Source: Octopus vulgaris
Taxonomy: Eukaryota
Direction of reading: 5' to 3'
NCBI GenBank assembly: GCA_951406725.2
Contig: OX597814.1
Coordinates: 48,422,001-48,486,000 of the forward strand
Length of the DNA: 64,000 nt
In this document: positions 54,001 to 64,000 of the stretch, piece after piece
Numbering within the stretch: the stretch's first letter is position 1
How the letters are laid out: every line of letters begins with the position of its first letter
Notes under the pieces: model-generated
Databases searched by the model: none
Told to the model about the DNA's origin: nothing
The model's input: only the letters and a program-made list of their open reading frames with translations
Translations under genes and position numbers: made by a program

Positions 54001-57000
54001 TATCTGATGCCTTGCTGTACTCTAGAAGACTTGTCCAGCACAGCAGAATTGATATCCTAAAACCACCTTAGTAATGCTTGTCCATGAGGGGCTCTATCCC
54101 ACCCCCACCTCCATCCTCTCTGACCTGACTATTTTTCTCCCCATATTTCATCCCTTAATACCCACCACTTCTCTATCACCTGAGAGCTGAGTGGGCACAT
54201 TCTACATCATCTCAGTTGCCCCCCCACCCCCCCCGTGAACCATTTCCATTTCCCATTATCTCCCCCCACAAACCTCTGCTCTACATCATTCGGTCTTTTG
54301 CTACTGTCACTGCTTCCCTACCTACTCATCCAGTCCCAAACTTCTGTATCACCTATCTTATTCTCCCTGCCATATCCCACAAGGGCATGTCTCAACACAT
54401 CTTCACCACCATCTCTCTCACTATTGCTCTCTTTATCTTACCTCTTATCCACTTTTACACTCTGACTCACCCACTCTCTTTAATTATTCCCTAACTCATT
54501 CTCCTTTCTTTTCCGACTGGACTATCCACGTATCTACTCTGCTACAAGACATCTAACTATGTCCCTCCACACCTTTAATCTCTCAACTGGCACATAGCCA
54601 CCTCTGCCTCAATACTACTCAACCCCCACTCCCAGCCAAGGAGTTTTGTCTCGCAAGTTGCTTGATGACCCTCTTGGTGCTGGTGGCAAGTAAAAACACC
54701 CAGAACACTTGGTAAAGTGGTTAGCATTAGGAAGGGCATCCAGCCATGGAAACCATGCCAAAACAGACAATGGTTCCTGGTGTGGTTCCTAGCATGGAAA
54801 ACAGATGTTGATGATGATGATGATGATGATCTCACTACTAATATCTCCAATTTCTTATTACTTTCATCATCAAAAGACCTGTTTACATAGAGTGACCATG
54901 AATAAGTAATTGGTTTTTCTTTTGTCTGAATATTAGTGGTATATTCTGATTTTGTTTGTAAAATGTATCTACACATATGCACAGAATTTAGAGGAAACTA
55001 CTTTTGATGATCAAATATTCATATATTGCTGTTTCAATGAAAATATGTTCTGCATTTTAAACATGCTGTATTATTTTAATATCTCTTGTAAACAGTACAG
55101 AAAGTTTTAAAAAGAGAAAAAAACCCAAAAAGGAAACGAATTCATAGATTTTATTTCAAAATTGGTTTTTGTTGCTTTAATTTCAGAAAACTTAATTTAT
55201 TTTTGCTGATTATTGTTTCTGCTGTTATAGTGATTTTTAATATCAGTAACATTTTCTGCGGTTAAACTCCGTGTGACTTGTTTACTTGTAGTAGGTATTT
55301 TACTTATATTAATTTTTCAAATGATTCACTCTCTTCATACATTGAGTTCAGTTCAGATTCTGCCAGGATGGAATTTTCCTGTCATAGCTCAAGGAGTGAA
55401 AAAAATAAATATCAACCGTGTATTCTAGTTAATTCAATCATCTCTACACTACTTCACTTATAAATGGGTATTTTGTGTTCTAATGTGGGATATCAATATT
55501 TCAGAGAACTTAGATGGTGATCTCGTAGAAGGTTAGCACACTGGGCAAAATATTTAGTTGCATTTTGTTCATCTTAACATTCTGAGTTTAAATTCTGTTG
55601 AGGTCAACTTTGCCTTTCAGCCATTCAAGGTTGATAAAATAAGTACCAGTTGAATACTGGGGTTGATGTAACTGACCCTTTCCCTAAAAATTTCTGGCCC
55701 TGTACCAAATTTTCAGAGAACTGTTTCCTTGTTGACCATCAGCCATATGGATCTCACAAGTCTGGAAGGATCTGCCAAAACCATGCTTTCTGCTCCTCCT
55801 CTTCTGACTAACTTACTTTTAAAAATGCATCATTGCTTACAAAGAAGTTACCCTGCTTTGGTTTTGATGTGTATTATCATTATAAAGCTATTAATATTAA
55901 TTCAGTGTAACTTATATTTCAAAATTTCCTAAACAATATTGCAAATTTTATTGTTTGTCACTCTATTTCTTGGCTTAATTCTCTGTCATTCTCTTCTGTT
56001 TGATTATTGTTTTCTTTTGCGGACAGTGACTTATAAATATATTAATATCATGACATTTGATCAATGTTGCTCTAATTTTTAATAGTTTGTGCAAAAATTT
56101 TATGGTGTGCAAAATTTTTTCTGTAACGAAACAGTATGTACAGAATAAGTTTAATTATTGATAACTTCATTATTTTAATACTACATGTATTTACTTCTTG
56201 TGTGCACATTAATTTCTTTTGCGCTTTGGTTGTAAAATGTATCTACACATATGCACAGAATTTAGAGGAAACTACTTTTGATGATCAAATATTCATATAT
56301 ATTGCTGTTTCAATGAAAATATGTTCTGCATTTTATACATGCTGTATTATTTTAATATCTCTCATAAACAGTATACAACGTTTTAGAAAGAGAAAAAAAA
56401 AGCCCAAAAAGGAAATGGAAATCAGTTACAAAATCGATATGTTAATTTTTTAATAGTTGATGTTTGGTCAAACATTATTTGTGGGAATCACTTTTCCTCT
56501 AAATCTGATGAGTGTTGTCTAAGTTATTTCATGTTATTTAGTTGTTCTAGTTTTTCCAGTATGTTTTTGTGTTTTGATACTTTCTCTTTTGAAGAAACCC
56601 TTAATGTAACTGCTGTTGTTGTTGTTGTTGCCATTATCATCATCACCATTGTTAAGAAGAGCTGAGAGTAACAGAATTGGTAGAGAACTAGATTAAATGT
56701 TTTATGCTACTTTACTGTTTTGAACTCAAATTATGCTGGTGTTGACTTCACTTTTCAACCTTCCTGGAACCGTAGAATAGATAGTTGTCAAGTACTGTGG
56801 TTAATTCAATTGACTATTTTTTTCCTCTTGTGACCTTGTTAGAAATCATTATTATTATTAGTTGTAGTGGTAATATTAGTATTATCATAAATATTATAGA
56901 GGCAGTAGATTAGCAGAATTGATAATGTACTGGTCAAAATGTTCTATGGTATTTAATTACATCTCTTTATGTTCTGAGTACAAATTTTATCAAATCTGAT

Positions 57001-58799
57001 TTTTGTTTTTCATCTTTCTGGGGTTGATAAAGTAAACACTGATCAAGCACTGAGGTTAATGTAATTGATCTATACTCCACTTTCATAATATAAAGTCCTG
57101 TACCACCTAACTATAATAAATTATCTCCAAACCTTGCCTTTTGCTCCACACATCTACTTATCCTGGTCACCTGGTAAATAATCTCTTAACTGTCTTTTGT
57201 TACCTGCCTATAAGCACACAGCATCAATGAGCAAATTAAGAAAATTCTTCCATAAACTTTAATAAACCAAAAGTCTGTCCTCAGAATTAAGTAACACTAC
57301 AACCACAAATACTGTAGGACATCATCATTGATCTTCATCATCACTTAACATCCATATTCCATGCTGGCATGGATTGGGTGGTTTGACAAGATCCAACAGA
57401 TCAGAGAACTGTATTGAACTCCTGCTTGTTTTGTGATGATCTCTACAGATGGATACCCTCCCTAACATCAGTCACCTTACAGAGTATAGTGGGTGCTTTT
57501 TTGCATCATTGGCATTCATGTGGTTGCCAAGTAGTACACAAGACAAAACCTGCTGATCTTGAGGATGCCAAGTAGTACACAAGACAAGACTTGTTGATTG
57601 AGTGGGGTGTGGTCACCCTCTTGTATCTTAAAGGTGTGTTCTAACACCTCTTCACCTCCATCTTCTCTTCTTTTCTAGCTGGGTAGATATGTATGTCCTC
57701 TACTGTAACACACCTGTTCCTACCCATCTATAATACCATTGCTTCTTAACACCTGGCATAAACTAGCTACATACAGTAAAAACAAAATATTACTGAGAAT
57801 CAGCTTGTAAATACAACTCTAACTACTCAACTGAATTAGCTAACTTAATAAAAATCGGGCAGTATATCAAACACATTGTAGTGACTCTACACACAACAGG
57901 AATAAAACTCAGAAATCAAACAAAAACAGAAAACTTGCGAATATTTGTCTTGGGCATAAACCAGAAAGCGAGCAGTAAAATACTATATAAAACCACTAGC
58001 AGCATTAACAACTTCAACAGCAGCCATAGAGCATTTTCAAATACAGAGTGTACTGGGTGCTTTTACACAGTACTGGCACAGGTGCTTTTATCTGGCACCG
58101 GCATGGCTGCTTTTTATGTGGCACTAGCACCTACGAAACTGTGAGATTAGAATCACCCAGCTGAAGAGGGATGTAGGGGACATGCCTATATGCAAAGGCA
58201 ACCTCTTTTTAATTTATATCTACAATGGAAATTGTAGTTAAGATACCCGTGCCGGTGACACGTTAAAAGCACCGTCCGAACGTGGCTGATGCCAACGTCG
58301 CCTGACTGGCATCCATGTCGGTGACACATAAAAGCACCAACCGATCATGGCTGTTTGCCAGCCTCATCTGGTGCCGGTGGCACGTAAAAAGCACCCACTA
58401 CACTCACGGAGTGGTTGGCATTAGGAAGGGCATCCAGCTATAGAAACACTGCCTGATCAGACTGGTGCCTGGTGCAGCCTCTTGGCTTCCCAGACCCTGG
58501 TCGAACTGTCCAACCCATGCTAGCATGGAAAACAGACGTTAAATGATGATGGTGGTGACAACCTTTCTATGCCTTCATGAAACATGCACACAGTCTTTTA
58601 TACAGATGGCATCAGAGTTGCTTTCTCCTGCTGTATTCTTCAGCTATGGCCTTGCAACAACATCACTAAGATTCCAGACAAACAGGCTAAAAGCAGCTCT
58701 TAACAAATCCACCATTACACCCAACAACATAAACATCATGCACACACAGAATCAACCATAAATCACCTTCTGCAGCTCTTTTATTGGCTTGTTCCTCCT

Positions 58800-59465
58800 C
58801 TATTTATTTCTGTCTCTCGCAACATCATCCAGGGCTTTCTCGCCCTGCACATTCATTCTCTTCCTCATCCAGTCAAACATCTTCATTCTCTGCCTTCCTC
58901 TCGCTCTCTTTCCAATTAGTTCAGTTTCTGCCATGTAACGTTCCATTCCATGTATCCATCAACTGTCTCTTTACTTTCATCTTCCTCAACACTTCCACAT
59001 TCGTCACCCTCTGTACCCATGAGATTCTAAGCATTTTTCTATAAAACCACATTTCTGCAGCTTTGACTCTCTTCTCTATGACTTCGTTTATCGTCCAAGA
59101 CTCACACCCATATGTTAACACCGACCAGATGTAGCACTTCAATAGTTTTTTCTTGACTTCCATTCCAATTCTCTTTGCACAAAATATGCTCCTCATATCC
59201 ATAAAAGTCTTCTTTGCTAATCCAATTCTGCACTTGCTGTCCTTATCTGACCTTCCATCTGATGTTATCCAACTTCCCAGATATATGGAACTGTCCTTCT
59301 ACTCTATCCCAGTTCCATTCACTGCCAAGTGACATGCGGGTACCTGTGCTTTCTTGTTACAGACCGTTGAGAAGGTTTTCTGGCAGTTAATCGTCAATCC
59401 AAGCTTTCCACTCTCCTCAGTCACGATATTAATCAATCCTTGAAGCTTCTTTTCTGTGTCATTCA
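58800..59465 (-). mobile_element. RTE/BovB-like LINE fragment (second family)
   Basis: KLLKCYIWSVLTYGCESWT...AAEMWFYRKMLRISWVQRVTNVEVL. Confidence 0.85.
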
Positions 59466-59819
59466 TTAAGGCTTCAATGTACTTTGCGAACCTTCTACAA
59501 CATTCACAAAATACATAAAAGCCTTAATAAGGGTTTTTAGCTGGCATATATGCATGCACATGCACACATATGTGCACATACAGACAGGTAGACAGAGTTT
59601 TGATTCATTCATTGCCTCAAAAATATAATTATATTCTTAGCACAACCTTATTATAATAAAATGTTATTGAGCTGAAATTCATCTTTTCAAAACCCTTTTA
59701 TATAAAGCAGATCTTAAAGCTAAGCTTTTCATATCTAACTTATTAACTTCATCAAAAAGTTTGAGCTTAGAGCAGATCAATTGAAAGTGTACCCTGTAGT
59801 TGTTTGTCTCTGCAGAAAC

Positions 59820-60720
59820 ACAACTATAGGAGCATCAAATTGATGGACAAGGTCATGAAAGTTATTGAAAGGGTCATAGCACGAGTGATTAAGAAAAGAA
59901 TTAACCTAAACAAGATGGTTTAGGTTTATGTCATGACAGGTATCCTTTATGCCCTTTTCCTATAAGAGATAAGAGAAATATTTACTTAGCTTTTGTTGAA
60001 GTGAAGAAGGCTTTTGACAGGGTCCTATGCTCTGTAGTCAGGTGGTTATTTAGAAAACTATAAACACATTTTGAAACCTGTTGTCTTTAGGAACTTCTGT
60101 GTGTTGATAATTTAGCTCTTAAAGCTGAATTGGTCAAAGGTTTAGAAAGGAGATTCCAAAATTGGAAGCAGAATTAGAGGCCTGAGTAACTTAGCAAAGA
60201 TTCAAATTTTAGTAAGTAGGAAAGAAGAGAGTACAGTACTGCTTTTGAAAATGGCTGCGCTTGACATGCAGAAAAAGAGTAGGTAGGAATTTCGTACAAT
60301 GTACTCAGTGTAAGCTAAGGATGTACAAAGAGTGTACTGTTATTGGAAGCAGGCTGCCAGGGAATATAGATTTCATGTGTGATAAATACACAAGGGTTGT
60401 TAGAAGTTCAAGTGTGTGTGAGATAAATTTCTTCAGATATTTGGAAGGCTCTCTAGCTGTAATTAATAGCTTTTGCTATCTAGGTGACTAAATTAACAGC
60501 AGAAGTAGGTGTTCCAAAAGCATAATTGCTAGAGTGAGAACAGGGTGGAAAAGGCTTAGAATGCTACCGTGTCTGCTAACAATATGGGGTTTCTCTCAGA
60601 GTTTGTACAATGCTTATGTACAAAGTGCAAAGCTGCATGGTAGCAAGATGTAGGTCTTTAATGTGAAGATTGTGTGAAGGTTGGAAAGAAATGAGGACAG
60701 CACACTCTGCTGAATGTGTA
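59820..60720 (+). mobile_element. Highly decayed RTE LINE fragment
   Basis: NYRSIKL..., FVEVKKAFDRV, CTQCKL, SFCYLGD. Confidence 0.7.
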
Positions 60721-62087
60721 GTATTAATATATCTATATTATAATGGAGAAAGCTGCTTATTAATTAGGTATGTAACAGTTACTAAAAGAAAGCAATTTTT
60801 TCATAAATTCATGTAATTTCGATTTCTGAAGTTTATCTAATATTTGAACTTCAAGTTCTTCACAAATTTAAATATTCGTAGCATTCACTGCAGAATAGAT
60901 TTAATAAATAATATTAATTTGTTGAAGGTGAAATTTTCTGTTTTCATTTGCAACAGTTTCTCATTTTTGCCTGCCTTTTGTTTTCATTAATGATAATTTG
61001 ATATATATTCATTTCAATATTTTCATTTCGAGTTTTAATTCGCTATTTCCCCAAACCCACAGATTATTCTATATACGTAATGTAAAAAAATTATTTATTG
61101 AATGAATGACCACCCATGTTAGCATGGAAGGTTGACCTTAAACGACAATGATGATGATGATGGACGAATGCTATTAGACAAAATAGCTGTATAACTTTGA
61201 GACTTATTTTTGATAAGATGAAAATTTTTGAATATACTGGTATTATTAAAAAAAAAAAAAAATTAAGATGTGATTTTGTTGGTATGGCTGTTTGGAACAC
61301 TATAAGCCTTACAAGAATAACTATGTGATTGCTGCTATTTCTAGCACACTAAATGTATAAATAACTGAAAGAAATATTTACTAAGCAAGTGAGATTTTTT
61401 ATAAATCGAAGTTTTCAGGAAAATTTACTTTCTGAACTTCCTTTTATTATTGAATATTTCAAGTTCACAAATTTAAATATTCGGTACCAGATACTTTTAA
61501 AAGAACTTTTATTTATACATTTTTTTTTTCATTTCATGTCTATTTCATTCATTGTTTGCAATGTTCTCTCCCCCACCTCTCTCTCTAATATAAACACACA
61601 AACTGTCTCTCTAATATAAACACACACACACTCCAGGTTTGACTAGCAGAAAACCACCTGGAGGGCGGTCTTTCTACTAGTTGGTATAATGGAAGGAGCA
61701 CAAAGGAGTTAGGTAAAAAGCTGGATATATGAGGAATCAAGACAATGATGATGCAGGCAAGTGATATATATGGAGGACACCAATTGTGTAAATAAGTGCT
61801 TAGTACTCCAAGTGAGTAGAACCAATGGTAGAGGAATGTCAAAGAAAATGTGGAGCAAAGTGAAGACATCTTCAAGAGGCTGAAACTCATGAAGAAGATG
61901 ACAAAGGACTGTGACTTGTTATAAAACACTGCTAGAGAGAGCTCATACAGTTTATGCAAGCATGGTGAAAATGGATGTAAAAATGTTGCTGAGGTGATGA
62001 TGAAGATTAATCCATTTGGATCTTTCCTGGTCATCATGTTCTTATTAAGTCTCCATTTACTACCCCCTTTTTCTTCAATACTCTTTC

Positions 62088-62500
62088 TTTACTCTCTTTT
62101 ACTCTTTTACTTGTTTCAGTCATTTGACTGCAGCCATGCTGGAACACCGCCTTTAGTCGAGCAAATCGACCCCGGGACTTATTCTTTGTAAGCCCAGTAC
62201 TTATTCTATCGGTCTCTTTTGCCGAACCGCTAAGTGACGGGGACGTAAACACATCAACATCGGTTGTCAAGCAATGCTAGGGGGACAAACACAGACACAC
62301 AAACACATACACACACATACATATATATATATACATATATACGACAGGCTTCTTTCAGTTTCCGTCTACCAAATCCACTCACAAGGCATTGGTCGTCCCG
62401 GGGCTATAGCAGAAGACACTTGCCCAAGATGCCACGCAGTGGGACTGAACCCAGAACCATGTGGTTGGTTAGCAAGCTACTTACCACACAGCCACTCCTG
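62088..62500 (-). mobile_element. Near-intact SINE family A copy
   Basis: Full head-microsatellite-tail structure. Confidence 0.9.
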
Positions 62501-64000
62501 CACCTTACTCTTCTCTTTTTCTATAAATATATTTCTTATCACCCTATTTCTCTCACCTCCTGCTGCCTTTGTACCAAAGAATGGCATTGCATTTGATTTG
62601 TTTATATTTTATTCCTCTTTACAATCACTCTTTCTTATTAGACATCACTCTCTCTCTCTCCTATTGCTTACTCTCTTAACATTCATTGTTGATACCTATC
62701 ATTCCCACTCTTTTACAAGCACCCTCTTCATCATTCTCTCATATTACTCCCTGTTATTCATTGTTGACCACCACTCTCACTTTCTCATCCCACTCTCCCC
62801 ATTACACTTTCACTTTTAGTACTCCTTCTTTCCTTCTTTCTCCCTGTCAATCTCTTTTCCTTCATCATTTTGTTCATGCTATTTCTATCCAATCTCCTTA
62901 TCAACAGTCTTTGGGCAGCCAGCCATCAGTCATTCTTTTTGTTTTCCTTTACCCTCTCCTCTTTTACCCTCATGATATTATCACTCTTATCTTCTATTTC
63001 TCTCTCTCTCTCTCTCTCTCACTTGCCCTCTTCTATCATTTCCCCATCTATCTGTAAGGAATGAGACAATCCTCTGGTGTTGGTGATTGAACAAAGGAAG
63101 AAAATATTGAGTAGAGAGAAGGATTTAGTCACGCTGATGAAACAACTTCTCTACTGATAGTGACTCAATAAAGTACACCCAATGCATACTGTAAAGTGGG
63201 TGATTGTAGAGCATTTAGCTAAGAAACACGCCAAAAATGGATCCCCCAATCTAAGAGGGAATTAGTTTGAATAAAAACTGTCTTAGTCCATTTCAACCAT
63301 CCACTCCATACCAGTATAAAAAAAGTAAACATGAATTAATGAAAAAACTGAGAATTTTTTTGCTGATTATAAATATCATAATCAAAGCATTACTAAGACA
63401 AATGGATTTATTATCTTCATTCTGTATGAGAACTCTGTCTAATGTCTAACGTTTTCTGCTTTTGTATAGTTCTTTCTTTATTTTTTAGTAGACTATACTG
63501 ATCACTATTTTTTGACATTCCAATGAAACTACCCTTATAATCAGCTGTGAAAAGTATATGGATCTGTTGCTCTGAAAATGCATAAGTAAAATGACCATTT
63601 TTAATTTGAACACTGACAAAACCAAGATAATCATTGTTGGTTTTGGTGAGCATCCAGTGATTCAAATTGATGAATAGAGGATCAAATGCCCTCCTGTTGA
63701 CAGTTGCAGTGATTAACAACAAGGATTATCTGCTAGTTGAGTTTGGGCTGCTCAATGATGTGCGACCTACCTAAGATCACAATGTATCCTGCAATACAAA
63801 GGTGTTGATCTTGAGCTCATTGGTCATCTCAGTTGATTTGTGCAAAGTGAAAGCTTTAAGTTGTGGAGTTGGCTTGTTAAACACTATATGTAAGTGGATA
63901 CTAATGTACTTTGGCCACATTTGTTGCTAGCCATTTGAGTGTGTTGAGTGAACTGCCATGCTTGGTACTATACCAGGCAAGCATTTGCACTGGGCTGATG

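Noticed and set aside
55004-55055. C/D box snoRNA in the duplicated segment (TTGATGA...)
   Set aside because: No proper CTGA D box or terminal stem at a suitable distance.
52580-64000. Next receptor exon (expected S-V-Q-x-E-R hinge) and ligand-binding-domain exons
   Set aside because: No matching phase-1 exon found by eye; probably downstream of the window.

Overview
This is AT-rich eukaryotic DNA dense in repeats and microsatellites. The SINE/LINE repertoire and huge (TA)n tracts look like a coleoid cephalopod such as Octopus (inference). The only host gene I can support is the 5' half of an orphan nuclear receptor of the NR2C/NR2D group (TR2/TR4, Drosophila Hr78-like) on the + strand. It has four coding exons: 6167-6550, 8298-8441, 39566-39695 and 52400-52579. 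These encode a ~210-aa A/B region and a complete C4 zinc-finger DNA-binding domain; I found no hinge or ligand-binding exons in the window. The introns (1.7, 31 and 12.7 kb) are filled with decayed mobile elements: pogo/Tigger, mariner and piggyBac remnants and MITEs, non-autonomous Helitrons, CR1, RTE, R4/Dong and Hero-like LINE fragments, and several tRNA-derived SINE families. Most notable are (1) a hairpin at 12.4-12.5 kb whose two arms each encode a type I hammerhead ribozyme of Penelope-like type, plus a second minimal hammerhead at 29.4 kb; (2) fold-back palindromes centred on (TA)n tracts, one 2.2 kb and one 138 bp, either biological or long-read artefact; (3) a perfect AGGTCA-n-TGACCT (IR1) nuclear-receptor element in the receptor's own intron; and (4) SINEs whose tails visibly match co-resident LINE 3' ends. 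Most supplied ORFs are microsatellite or repeat artefacts.
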